A stretch of DNA of 51,406 bases, from the IMG/VR virus record IMGVR_UViG_3300012204_000001; one strand, 5' to 3'. Origin of the DNA: a virus. Position numbers and translations under genes: made by a program. Every line of letters begins with the position of its first letter. Positions within the stretch are counted from its first letter, which is position 1. The notes under the pieces are model-generated. The model worked only from the letters and a program-made list of their open reading frames with translations, ran no database searches and was not told where the DNA came from. Shown here one piece after another: positions 9,552 through 18,494 of the stretch.

Positions 9552-10113
9552 CGGCAGCTCCGTTGAGTGCTTCTTCCTTCAGGATACCAAACGATGCTAC
9601 GTCGAACCAGTCATCATTGTGCCAGATTGCCTTCCGTCGCCGTCCCTCTTTCTTAAATCCCATTGACACTACAAAGTCAAACGTGTGTCGCGAGGCATAG
9701 AGAGGAATCTCGACTGTTAATCGACGGAAGTTGTATTTTCTGAAGACGTACTTGAGCATCTCCCTAGATAGCTCTTGTCGTCCTCTGTGTCTCCGGTCGA
9801 AGAATGTATAATGAACTTCTGCATCTTGACCTGGGATGATCCTGGTCATGTAAAAGATGCCGACCCAATCATCCACGACCCAGAACAGACCATTGGAGCA
9901 GAGTTCTCCAGCTGGCCCAGCGTAGAGAAACAGCTCGCAGAACCTCTTGAAATCTCCGTTTACACTGTTGTCGAAGATGTACTTGAAGTTCCTGGATTTC
10001 TCCCAGAACAACTTGAGATTCTCGGGAGTCAAGAACATAGGGTACACAAAGCGTTCGACTTCGCCCTCGGGCTCGGCACAGATGGCCGAAAGAACTGGGA
10101 TTGGTTCCGTCAC
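9499..10113 (-). CDS. GNAT family N-acetyltransferase (RimJ/RimL-like)
   Basis: 204 aa. AEVHYTFFDRRHRGRQELSREMLKYVFRKYNFRRLTVEIP ... MGFKKEGRRRKAIWHNDDWFDV fits the GNAT core and the C-terminal GF..EG pattern. Confidence 0.7.
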   Translation of the reverse strand: MTEPIPVLSAICAEPEGEVERFVYPMFLTPENLKLFWEKSRNFKYIFDNSVNGDFKRFCELFLYAGPAGELCSNGLFWVVDDWVGIFYMTRIIPGQDAEVHYTFFDRRHRGRQELSREMLKYVFRKYNFRRLTVEIPLYASRHTFDFVVSMGFKKEGRRRKAIWHNDDWFDVASFGILKEEALNGAADDSQNEGVGGRASNRVG

Positions 10114-11813
10114 TGCTTAGATTCTCCAGACTTATAGACGTGAACTTCGTAACCGATGATGTCACACTGGCCAGCCTGAGTGACCAGTCGCCATGCAAAC
10201 CGTCGTGCCTTTATCTGTTTCACCCACTTAAATACTCGTGGCTTATCAAGCTCGGCAGATGCGATCACACGAGTCTTAGATGCCGCCGAGAATGTCTCAC
10301 CTCCATCCTTAGAGTAAGTCAATGTCAGATCACCAGCACGACGAGGAACCAATTCAATTCTGATCTCCGCGATGTAGATGTCATCTGTTGGCATCGTGTA
10401 AGACTTAGAAATCAATTCCGTTGTGTAGACGCCAGTAGACAGCGGATCACTCGGGAAGACCGGGTCTGTATCTGTCTCGTTATTCAGCGGATCAGGGTTC
10501 GGGTTCTCGATGATGATTTCCCCATCCGTCCTTCCGAACGTCCGAACAGGAATGATCGGCGATGCCGGAGAGAGATCATCAATCGTACCACCAGGCGCAG
10601 GATTGAGTTGGTCAATCGGAATATCACCGAGGTCATCGATGGTGATGATTGATTCCGAGAGGTCCACATCATCAATCGAGCTAATGGCTTCATACTCATC
10701 ACGAGCCCATGCGTTGGTGCGAAAGTTGAATGTCCAGGCTGTGACAAAAGCTCCGCTGACTTGTGGAATACAAACTGTATACTCTTGCTCGATAGGCGCA
10801 TACGACGCGAAGACCTGACTTGGATCATCCAGACCACGCATCAAATCTCGCTCGATGGAACGCCCAATCGGTTCTGGTTTGCCTCCAGGTTCATAGAACC
10901 ATACCGATCCAGAACGCTGATCTACCCAGGTTATACCATTCAGTGTGATAACCGCTGACTCTGGGCAGTTAGAACCGAGTCCAGGAAACGCAGTATAGAA
11001 GAAAAACGGGTTCGTTGGAATCGGCTGCTTTGTCGCCAACCACACTGACTGCTCACGCAATACGATCATTACATTGGTGAAGCCGAAGAGACCACTGATG
11101 TAGTCAGCGCGATCTGACGGTGAATCTACTAGAGGACTCGATCCTGCCGTTTCATCAACGAGAGGGTCCCACTCATCGAGCCCAACTCCTGTGATTCCAC
11201 CTTCTGCGGACCATCCAACTTGCGTAGCATCAGCCAGAAGCCCTGTTCTGTTTGCGCCGACAACACGATTGAAGAAGGCGGTGATATACTTATACGATGG
11301 TGCGTTACCGAGCTTCTTGAACTTGTTATCGGTAACGTCAACGTAATGAAGTATATCTACTCCATTCGTGTAGATGAAACGATCAAACGCCACAACCGCC
11401 TGGAAGCGGTCAGTAGCACCTCCGGTAAGAGTAGCACCAACACCAGCAGTGATAGGAGTCCAAGAACCGCCATCTCGAAAATGAATCGTAGTTGGCGTGA
11501 AACGAAAGAAGAATGTGCTACCATCATTTTTCTTAAAGAAGAAGGTTCCGAGTACTCTGTTGGAGTTCGGTTTAGTTGGCGTCAGGAGCTTGGTTCCTGG
11601 TCTCCGAGTTGTCCTGTCAAATCTGCAGCGTGCGTTCCTGCAGAGCTGAAGTGCTCCTGGAGGAATGTCAGCAGGGTCGAGCATGGTAATCATGCCCTGG
11701 TTGACACGCGCCTCAATGAACTTACTCTTCCCAGGCAGTGGGGGAATCCGAGATAGAATCGGATTATACACCGCGTTCGGTTGCGAGTATGGACGGGCGT
11801 TCTTATAGTTCAT
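10110..11813 (-). CDS. tail structural protein (567 aa)
   Basis: Long beta-rich ORF with ATGA-type overlaps on both sides. Its position corresponds to T7 gp12-like tail tubular protein (inference). Confidence 0.7.
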   Translation of the reverse strand: MNYKNARPYSQPNAVYNPILSRIPPLPGKSKFIEARVNQGMITMLDPADIPPGALQLCRNARCRFDRTTRRPGTKLLTPTKPNSNRVLGTFFFKKNDGSTFFFRFTPTTIHFRDGGSWTPITAGVGATLTGGATDRFQAVVAFDRFIYTNGVDILHYVDVTDNKFKKLGNAPSYKYITAFFNRVVGANRTGLLADATQVGWSAEGGITGVGLDEWDPLVDETAGSSPLVDSPSDRADYISGLFGFTNVMIVLREQSVWLATKQPIPTNPFFFYTAFPGLGSNCPESAVITLNGITWVDQRSGSVWFYEPGGKPEPIGRSIERDLMRGLDDPSQVFASYAPIEQEYTVCIPQVSGAFVTAWTFNFRTNAWARDEYEAISSIDDVDLSESIITIDDLGDIPIDQLNPAPGGTIDDLSPASPIIPVRTFGRTDGEIIIENPNPDPLNNETDTDPVFPSDPLSTGVYTTELISKSYTMPTDDIYIAEIRIELVPRRAGDLTLTYSKDGGETFSAASKTRVIASAELDKPRVFKWVKQIKARRFAWRLVTQAGQCDIIGYEVHVYKSGESKQ

Positions 11814-12415
11814 GAAGCGCTCCGACAGTCTGGAACGGTAACAGTGATACGAATACCGTAACAGGATACAAACTGTCCTGGTGCAATGAGCCTCACTCCG
11901 TAGTGAGCACTACCATCCACAGCTTCTGACAACGCTGCACTTGAGGCAATACCTGGACTTGTACCGGAGCGCGTGACAGTCGAGATTGAAGTCTTCGCTC
12001 CGGTCGTGAGGTTCACTTTATAAAGCTCACACTGCACGCTTCCAGCTACTGCGCTAAGTGTAGCTTCAAATAAGGTAATGGTGACGCCAGTTGGAATCTT
12101 AAGCGCCATGCAAGCATGCTTACCAGCTTCGTTGTCAGATCTGAACGATTCCTCCGTGACAACAGTATCATCCTCATCGTTCAGCGACTGGAATCCTTGA
12201 GGACCAAAGACGAGCTTTCTCGCCGTTACATTTCCAAGAATCTCTGGACGAACAACAAGGTTAGCCTCAACCGTGTCGTTTGGCAGTGCGCTGAAGAGTT
12301 TTGCAAGAAGGCGTTCCGAGAGGTCAACCTTCAATTCTCGGATTGCATCGTCAATCTGCTTCGCCGCCCGTGTACCTGGGGGAGTGGCATTGTTCCAGCC
12401 GCGTGTAAACGCCAT
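11810..12415 (-). CDS. tail structural protein (201 aa)
   Basis: The N-terminus MAFTRGWNNATPPGTRAAKQIDDAIRELKVDLSERL resembles conserved N-termini of podophage tail/fibre proteins. GGAG RBS upstream. Confidence 0.65.
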   Translation of the reverse strand: MAFTRGWNNATPPGTRAAKQIDDAIRELKVDLSERLLAKLFSALPNDTVEANLVVRPEILGNVTARKLVFGPQGFQSLNDEDDTVVTEESFRSDNEAGKHACMALKIPTGVTITLFEATLSAVAGSVQCELYKVNLTTGAKTSISTVTRSGTSPGIASSAALSEAVDGSAHYGVRLIAPGQFVSCYGIRITVTVPDCRSAS

Positions 12416-12445
12416 GTCTCAAGCTCCGTATTTACTCGCTAAAGA

Positions 12446-12889
12446 TCAGGTTCCCACCTGATACCACTTGCCATTCAAGCGGAGAAGTTGGTACACTTTA
12501 TTCGCTGCAAGAAGCAGGTTCACGCCACCAAGCAGGAAGATGTTAGTTCCGTGCTGGAGGGTCGTGTTCCCGTCTCCAAGGATGTATAAATGCTGTGCGG
12601 GCTGCCCGTTCAGGAAGTCCGTTACCGTTATGGCTCCTGTGTTTTGGCACGTCCAGTGCTCTAAGTTTAGCACGGACGGCGTGACCTCTCCTGCCTTGAT
12701 GCGCCCCTCGAATCTTTTGTCGAGGACTAATCTCGTCTCCGGAGACTCTATAATCCTCTCGTGCGTGATCCTCTCCGGCACGATCTTCTTTTCTAATTCT
12801 GTTGACGTACGCGAGGACCGCTCGGCCATCACGCCAGAGGAGACCGGAAAGCCCCTTGTGTCTGCGTCTCTTTCGTCTCGCCTCGGCAT
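12446..12889 (-). CDS. hypothetical virion-module protein (147 aa)
   Basis: The C-terminal two thirds look clearly protein-like (HWTCQNTGAITVTDFLNGQPAQHLYILGDGNTTLQHG...). The start is uncertain because ORF 12543..12995 overlaps in another frame. Confidence 0.6.
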   Translation of the reverse strand: MPRRDERDADTRGFPVSSGVMAERSSRTSTELEKKIVPERITHERIIESPETRLVLDKRFEGRIKAGEVTPSVLNLEHWTCQNTGAITVTDFLNGQPAQHLYILGDGNTTLQHGTNIFLLGGVNLLLAANKVYQLLRLNGKWYQVGT

Positions 12890-13047
12890 CGTAGAGACTT
12901 TTCTCCTCTCCTCGTTCCTTGACGATTACTAAGATTGCTTCTTCAAGTTCTCTCATCTCTCGAAGGATCGAGAGTCGTAATTGACGTACAAACATTACGA
13001 GACCGTCTTGTATATCGCTGGTCTACCCTTTACGCCATTCCCTCGGT

Positions 13048-13233
13048 TCATGTTTCGTGGAAGGTGCGGCGCATTGGCTGGCGTCGGCCCTTTTTTACCG
13101 AAAGTCCCCTTCTTTTTCTTTTGCTCGTTTTTCTTCTTCGCCATTGAATCTCACTCCAAGCAAAAAGTATCGCTACTGCGATATAAGTGAAGACCTCAAG
13201 AATTCTGAAGTCTAAGATAGCACGACGGATCAT
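13048..13233 (-). CDS. small membrane protein with basic tail (61 aa)
   Basis: ATGA overlap with the stop of gene 13230..14432. One hydrophobic segment (VFTYIAVAILFAW) followed by an RRRKTSKRKRR tail. Confidence 0.35.
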   Translation of the reverse strand: MIRRAILDFRILEVFTYIAVAILFAWSEIQWRRRKTSKRKRRGLSVKKGRRQPMRRTFHET

Positions 13234-14432
13234 CGAATGAGACTAACCTTGGGAATCACGGCGAACGTTCCGCCTTCCATCCCCACGCTATCAAAAAAGA
13301 CACGAATCTGTTTCGTATTCGGAATCACCGCAGCCACCTTCTTCGGCAGCAGTGGTATCACAGCAAAAAGACTGTTGCACCTAACTACGTTGGTATCGTT
13401 CGGAACGCGGCCCCAAGTCTTAGTTGCCGAATCACGAACGAAGGTACAGAATTGCAAACCAGCCCATGTTGCAGCACCAACTGCCGATCTACCTATCTTG
13501 GCTTTCTCGATGATACCAGACAAGGTGTAGGTAACACCGATTGGATTGAGTGTGTCGAACACAGCTGCTGTGGGACTCAGGAGCACGGAATCAACAGCAG
13601 CAGCACCAACTGGTCCTTGACCTGCGGTATAGCACGGAATCGGAGCAGACCATGCACTGACCGCAGAGGTGAATCCAGATTTATCGAAGCGCGCTCGGAT
13701 GCGGTAGCAGTATGTCACGCCGCTCGCGATTCCTGATCGAATCGAACTCGTAGCTGTTGGTGAGAGTGTTGCTACTGTAGCAAACGAACCTGTTGCTGAA
13801 TTCGATCGCTGAAGTTCCAGAGACGTAGCCCCAGTGGTATTGGCGTTGTTCGTCCATGAGACCTTGATCTTCGTCGAATCTGTTTGTGACGAGATCATCG
13901 CGTTGATGGGTGCGCATAGCGTGTATGCAGGGCTCGTAGACACCTTACAACCAGTCAACGGCGGTGTCTTGACCGTCACATACGACGTGTCTGACTTCTC
14001 GCCTGCAATCGCACCAACCTGGAACACTCCTGGAGTTGGACCAGCTTTGTAGATGAACTGACCAGACACGGAGTCGATGATGGTCATGCCACCAGCGCCA
14101 CCAAACGAGAGAAATGCAGTTCCGTGATTCAAGCCATCAGACCATGTGGCCTTCGCTACGAATGTAGCTGTTCCTCCAGTATCAACAGCAACAGACTCCG
14201 GAGTAACCGTTACACTGGTTACAGTCGGTGGAGGTAGCGGAGGATAAATCCTGGCTGTGTCACAAGCAGGATTGCTTCCCGGAGGAGGCTTCGTAATGGT
14301 ACTGGTTCCGCTGAATGCTGATGTCCTGAAGCAGTGCTCGACCCACACAGAGTCAAGCTTTGTTCCTGTCTGGGCGCGTCCCGACGAAAGCGGGAGAATT
14401 AAAAGAAGCGCCACGAAAATCAATTTCTTCAC
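13230..14432 (-). CDS. secreted protein with Big_2-like and fibronectin type III-like domains
   Basis: Signal peptide MKKLIFVALLLILPLSSGRAQT. The segment TVTSVTVTPESVAVDTGGTATFVAKATWSDG is Ig-like. KIKVSWTNNANTTGATSLELQRS...GVTYCYRIRA is Fn3-like. Confidence 0.75.
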   Translation of the reverse strand: MKKLIFVALLLILPLSSGRAQTGTKLDSVWVEHCFRTSAFSGTSTITKPPPGSNPACDTARIYPPLPPPTVTSVTVTPESVAVDTGGTATFVAKATWSDGLNHGTAFLSFGGAGGMTIIDSVSGQFIYKAGPTPGVFQVGAIAGEKSDTSYVTVKTPPLTGCKVSTSPAYTLCAPINAMISSQTDSTKIKVSWTNNANTTGATSLELQRSNSATGSFATVATLSPTATSSIRSGIASGVTYCYRIRARFDKSGFTSAVSAWSAPIPCYTAGQGPVGAAAVDSVLLSPTAAVFDTLNPIGVTYTLSGIIEKAKIGRSAVGAATWAGLQFCTFVRDSATKTWGRVPNDTNVVRCNSLFAVIPLLPKKVAAVIPNTKQIRVFFDSVGMEGGTFAVIPKVSLIR

Positions 14433-14830
14433 TTTTCCTCCACCAACTCGAAGTGTGGTAAATCGTTGAACTTCTGGTCGTTCAAATCACGGTCAGAGTC
14501 CCAGTCTCCACCCCATCTGATCTTGATACCAAGCTGCGTTGAGATTCCCACAACGAAGCCTCCGAACGCGTAGAATCTCTTGGTGTCACCCCAGACGATG
14601 GGATATGGAGCAACGTCTGCTGCGAGTGATGGAGCACCAATCGGATAGACATGCTTGGAGTGATTGGTGTGACTCGTTCCATCAGCTAAATGCTGAGCCT
14701 CTTCACTTTCTGTTCTCTTTCCCTGAACTATTGTACAATCCCAATGCTTGATGACCTCGTTGAACAAGCGTTGTAAACGCTCGTCGCACGTCTCCAACTG
14801 TTTTAACGAGGCCGGACCGAACGCTGGCAT
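14429..14830 (-). CDS. endolysin, peptidase M15 family (L-alanyl-D-glutamate or DD-peptidase type)
   Basis: SKHVYPIGAPSLAADVAPYP (H...D) and IRWGGDWDSDRDLNDQKFNDLPHFEL are the zinc ligand and WGGDW...HFE motifs of M15 phage endolysins. ATG 14830 makes a TGATG overlap with the holin stop. The track ORF offers an alternative start at 14872. Confidence 0.85.
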   Translation of the reverse strand: MPAFGPASLKQLETCDERLQRLFNEVIKHWDCTIVQGKRTESEEAQHLADGTSHTNHSKHVYPIGAPSLAADVAPYPIVWGDTKRFYAFGGFVVGISTQLGIKIRWGGDWDSDRDLNDQKFNDLPHFELVEEK

Positions 14831-15093
14831 CAGCCCTCCGGAGGCTTCGAGAACTTCAAGAACGGAAGCCAATCTGCTACGTGTTTCACAACATCATCAA
14901 ACGGCTTCGGACGCACAAGTGCAAGGACAAGAAGAAGGATGGCTACAACTTCGATCACTTCCATCCTCGTGTCACTGTGACCACTGACTCGACTGATGAC
15001 CAGCACAGCGCCGATGATTACACAGAGAATGATTGCCAGCAATACATATGCTGGTCCAATATCACTTTCATTCTTGCCGAGTGCCATAACCAC
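14830..15093 (-). CDS. holin candidate (87 aa, two TM segments)
   Basis: Hydrophobic segments PAYVLLAIILCVIIGAVLVI and VIEVVAILLLVLALV. It lies immediately upstream of the endolysin. Confidence 0.6.
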   Translation of the reverse strand: MVMALGKNESDIGPAYVLLAIILCVIIGAVLVISRVSGHSDTRMEVIEVVAILLLVLALVRPKPFDDVVKHVADWLPFLKFSKPPEG

Positions 15094-15358
15094 CTCCTCT
15101 TGGTTGACTTCGCTGATCTAACCTACGGAGAACTTCTGTAAAGCGTCCAAGATTCTCTTCGTGTTGACGATCCATCTGCTTCATTAACCACGCGACATTG
15201 GTTGCGCCCTCCTGAATTTTCTGCGCATGTATATCACGAGAAGTCATCAGGTTACGTAAGATGAACATTGCAACTGATGCTACTATAGTTGATATGATTG
15301 TGAACCCCCACTGAATAACTGTCCACAAGATTTCTACCTTAGTTTCTTGGAGAATCAT
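15068..15358 (-). CDS. N-terminally anchored membrane protein (96 aa), lysis accessory candidate
   Basis: TM segment ILWTVIQWGFTIISTIVASVAMFIL followed by a charged helical tail. Adjacent to the holin candidate. Confidence 0.55.
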   Translation of the reverse strand: MILQETKVEILWTVIQWGFTIISTIVASVAMFILRNLMTSRDIHAQKIQEGATNVAWLMKQMDRQHEENLGRFTEVLRRLDQRSQPRGGGYGTRQE

Positions 15359-15528
15359 CCTTGACCCCTCGGGTAAATCTGCCCCTCTGTTGGAACTGGT
15401 GCACCACTGCTATCGCTAACCAGAGCTGGTCTGAGACGAAAGAACGCAGCAGAATCAACTTGATTCGTAATAGCAAGCTGTGGACCAAGTTTGCATGGTA
15501 CCAATACGAAGTTGATCGAGTTTGCCAT
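15355..15528 (-). CDS. hypothetical 57-aa protein
   Basis: Found by hand: MANSINFVLVPCKLGPQLAITNQVDSAAFFRLRPALVSDSSGAPVPTEGQIYPRGQG. TAATG overlap upstream and ATGA overlap downstream fill an otherwise empty 170-nt gap. Confidence 0.45.
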   Translation of the reverse strand: MANSINFVLVPCKLGPQLAITNQVDSAAFFRLRPALVSDSSGAPVPTEGQIYPRGQG

Positions 15529-16442
15529 TAGTCATACCTTATTCCAACGCGAGTATTAGATCGCGTCGCAACAGCCCCGTTGCCCGTTGTAACTGCTACT
15601 GGCTGAGTACTACTATCACAAAGCTGGTAAGTGCGCGACGACCCGTAAAGCGAAAGACTGGGCACCGCCTGTGCCAAAAAGTCACCTGAATTAGTTACAA
15701 TGATTCCAGTGCCTGGTTGCTGTGCTATGCCTTTGAACAATATAGGAATACCTACTCCTACATCGCCAGTAAATGCACTTGTGGCTTGGTTCGATATGAC
15801 AAACGATAATCCATTTTCAACTGGAGGCTGTGAACCTCCGGCACGCACGATGTAATTGCACTTATTGAGCTGACCAATGCTGCCAGGCTGCTCCGAGAAC
15901 ATTAACAAGCCATCCCCAGTATCATTACCACTGGCATCTTTTGTCCGCTCCAACGAGAAGGCCATCATGTCAATGGCTGCAGCACGAACAAACATTAACA
16001 GCTGAATTCGGCTTGTATCAGCGGAGCCATAGGAGTTACATGCACTTGTTGCGTTTCCGCCGGGACGAAATGTAGCCTGTGTCACGGAACCACCATCATA
16101 GGTGATTCCAGTAATCGTACCGGAGCCATTTGATCCAGTGCCGATAGTAACCCACACGCCAGGTTCAAGGCCAGCTCCTGTAGTACCAGAGCCATAATCG
16201 AGGCGCATGAAAACTGGGAAACTACCTTGGAGTGAGTCAGCCATCCGATACATGCGATAGCCGACTTTCGTGTTGATCGCTACTGGCTTGGTTGCACCAG
16301 AGATAGTCAACTGCCCTGTGTCACCTGGGTCAACCCATCCGCCTGTCGAGATTAACGTATCATGGATGAACTGTGCCCAAGCCCTGAACAGAGCGTCAGT
16401 GCTGTTTGACATCTGCAAGGTGCTGTCGAATCTCGTCGCCAT
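15528..16442 (-). CDS. virion structural protein (304 aa), fibre or receptor-binding candidate
   Basis: Beta-rich, Gly/Ser/Thr-rich ORF within the tail gene block. No family recognised. Confidence 0.65.
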   Translation of the reverse strand: MATRFDSTLQMSNSTDALFRAWAQFIHDTLISTGGWVDPGDTGQLTISGATKPVAINTKVGYRMYRMADSLQGSFPVFMRLDYGSGTTGAGLEPGVWVTIGTGSNGSGTITGITYDGGSVTQATFRPGGNATSACNSYGSADTSRIQLLMFVRAAAIDMMAFSLERTKDASGNDTGDGLLMFSEQPGSIGQLNKCNYIVRAGGSQPPVENGLSFVISNQATSAFTGDVGVGIPILFKGIAQQPGTGIIVTNSGDFLAQAVPSLSLYGSSRTYQLCDSSTQPVAVTTGNGAVATRSNTRVGIRYD

Positions 16443-17047
16443 TACGGCTCCAGGAGGATGCGCGTAAATGTGATGGTGATTACGCCATCAGTATCATCAT
16501 TGCGAATTGCGTAATAAATGTCAGCTGCTGGAACTGTGTCCATGTTGTTCAGTGCTGGGAGTGGAGACAATTTCAGCGTCAATCCAGTTCCCACCGTGAA
16601 CACGAGTTCACAAAGGAGACCAGAGGCTGTCGCTGGGTCCGTACCAACTGGACGCGAAGAATCCGCCGTCCGAGCTGCTGATGTATAATACAGGCGAAGC
16701 CTGCACTTCTTTGTCACAGTTACAGCAAGGAGATCGCTCCGTTTACCAAGTGCAGCTGTTCCCGTATTCTCCACACCAGAAACAATAGACCCAGTAACAA
16801 CCTGAACATCGCCACGAACGATGATGTTTTGCTTTGCTGCACCAAGCGCCACATCAGCTGCGATCCTATCTGCGATTTCAGTAGCGAGTCCTAAAGGATT
16901 CGCAAACGCTACGTCTGGATCGTCCGGCGAAAGTCCTGATTGTGCTATGAGCTGCTTGAGCGCACGATTGATAGTGTCTTCCCTTGTGGGATGACCTTCG
17001 CCAGTCGCACGTTCAGTATATCTCGCGTACTCTAGAGCAGGCATCAA
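16442..17047 (-). CDS. virion structural protein (201 aa)
   Basis: ORF with start and stop overlaps to both neighbours in the tail gene block. Confidence 0.6.
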   Translation of the reverse strand: MMPALEYARYTERATGEGHPTREDTINRALKQLIAQSGLSPDDPDVAFANPLGLATEIADRIAADVALGAAKQNIIVRGDVQVVTGSIVSGVENTGTAALGKRSDLLAVTVTKKCRLRLYYTSAARTADSSRPVGTDPATASGLLCELVFTVGTGLTLKLSPLPALNNMDTVPAADIYYAIRNDDTDGVITITFTRILLEP

Positions 17048-17502
17048 AACACTCCGAGAAACTTCGAGCCGTCCAAGAAGTACGTTCCATCGAGAATCCA
17101 GCCACCATCAAACTCGCAAGTGAACTCTGCACCAAGAGGAGCGAGATCACCACAAGGCTCGATTACTTTCGGCTCATCAACAGTATCTTCTATGACCTGC
17201 GTTTTATCCGCAGGATCAACACTGTCGATTAAAGCCACTGAGTAAGCTTCAGCTATTTGAATCTCAACACTGAAACCATAGGTGTTTCCGATTAGTCCAG
17301 CCTGAGCCTCGATAGCTGGTGGAACACCTTCTACTCTAGAAACTACGATTGTTGGTTCTTCTGATGGTGTCGTGTATGTTCCTTGAGCACCATCTCCATA
17401 CGAGATAACGTTTACAACAGGCAACGGTGCCGAAATCGCTGGCTGATTTGTAGTAAATGAAAGCCAGCCAGGAGTCGGTATGCTCACGGATAACGACCCC
17501 AA
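17044..17502 (-). CDS. virion structural protein (152 aa)
   Basis: ORF in the tail gene block with an ATGA overlap downstream. Confidence 0.55.
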   Translation of the reverse strand: MGSLSVSIPTPGWLSFTTNQPAISAPLPVVNVISYGDGAQGTYTTPSEEPTIVVSRVEGVPPAIEAQAGLIGNTYGFSVEIQIAEAYSVALIDSVDPADKTQVIEDTVDEPKVIEPCGDLAPLGAEFTCEFDGGWILDGTYFLDGSKFLGVF

Positions 17503-18494
17503 GAGCGACGCTCAGTAATCGTTAGGCGCTTCGTATTATCCTTCGCAAATTTGGGGCTAAAGCTCACCTGGAAGATCTGGTTTTGCGCTGCTGATGGATT
17601 GGCTCCCCACACTTTCATGGAACCAATACCAGTTGCAAAATTCGCTGATGTTGGTTCCCAAACTGATGTTGAATCAAGGAAATAGTTACTTGAACTATAT
17701 GAGCTGAGCGAAGTTGAGTCAGCATCAGCTGGTGATCCAGCTGGTGACCCAGATGTAGTCCCAAGGGTATCAGTCTCGAAAGCTCTGTTTATTCTTGTTG
17801 TATTGGTGAAGTCCCCAAGTATTCCTAGAATACCAGAACCCATTCCACCCCAGGTAGACTGGTCATCAATCTCTGATGCACGAATCGTATATGTGTACAT
17901 TGTGCCAGAGATTGTAACAGTGTTCACAACATCTGAGGTTGGTGGATACACACGAAGTTCATAGGTCACTCTCAGCTGATCTGATGAGGTTTTAACAATT
18001 GTCGTAGGCGTTCCACCACCATCCTTGAACAATTGCCTCGTCCACATCGTGCCACCACTGTTCACATCAAACCAACCTACTTCTGTCAAATTACCATTTG
18101 CCTGCGCTTCCAAAAAGAGGCGCACTCTTTTTACGGACCAATACGTGAATGATGCTCCTGAGGCGATGACATCGACTATCCCACCATTACTGTTTGTACG
18201 GTGAGTAGTTGTCGGAGAGATCTCCGCTACCAACGCAGTATCTGTATTAGCTGGCGCAGTTGAGCCAGTTCCTACGCCCATATAAGCGAGCATGTTCCTG
18301 AGCTGAATGTTGTTCGCTCCAATTCTGTCGAGTCCAGCATTAGTAATCAGATTCTCGAAATGAAGTACCCTTTTGATCAGACCACTCTTGGCGTCGATCA
18401 ACTCAACTGTGAAGAATCCCCTGAAGCGTAAGCGTGGTGCTTCGACAGGAATTTCAATCGTCTTCGGAACATAGATGAGAGGATGAAATCTCAT
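17484..18494 (-). CDS. virion structural protein (336 aa), fibre-like
   Basis: Beta-rich with Ser/Thr-rich loops. ATGA overlap with the upstream repeat-containing gene. Confidence 0.65.
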   Translation of the reverse strand: MRFHPLIYVPKTIEIPVEAPRLRFRGFFTVELIDAKSGLIKRVLHFENLITNAGLDRIGANNIQLRNMLAYMGVGTGSTAPANTDTALVAEISPTTTHRTNSNGGIVDVIASGASFTYWSVKRVRLFLEAQANGNLTEVGWFDVNSGGTMWTRQLFKDGGGTPTTIVKTSSDQLRVTYELRVYPPTSDVVNTVTISGTMYTYTIRASEIDDQSTWGGMGSGILGILGDFTNTTRINRAFETDTLGTTSGSPAGSPADADSTSLSSYSSSNYFLDSTSVWEPTSANFATGIGSMKVWGANPSAAQNQIFQVSFSPKFAKDNTKRLTITERRSWGRYP

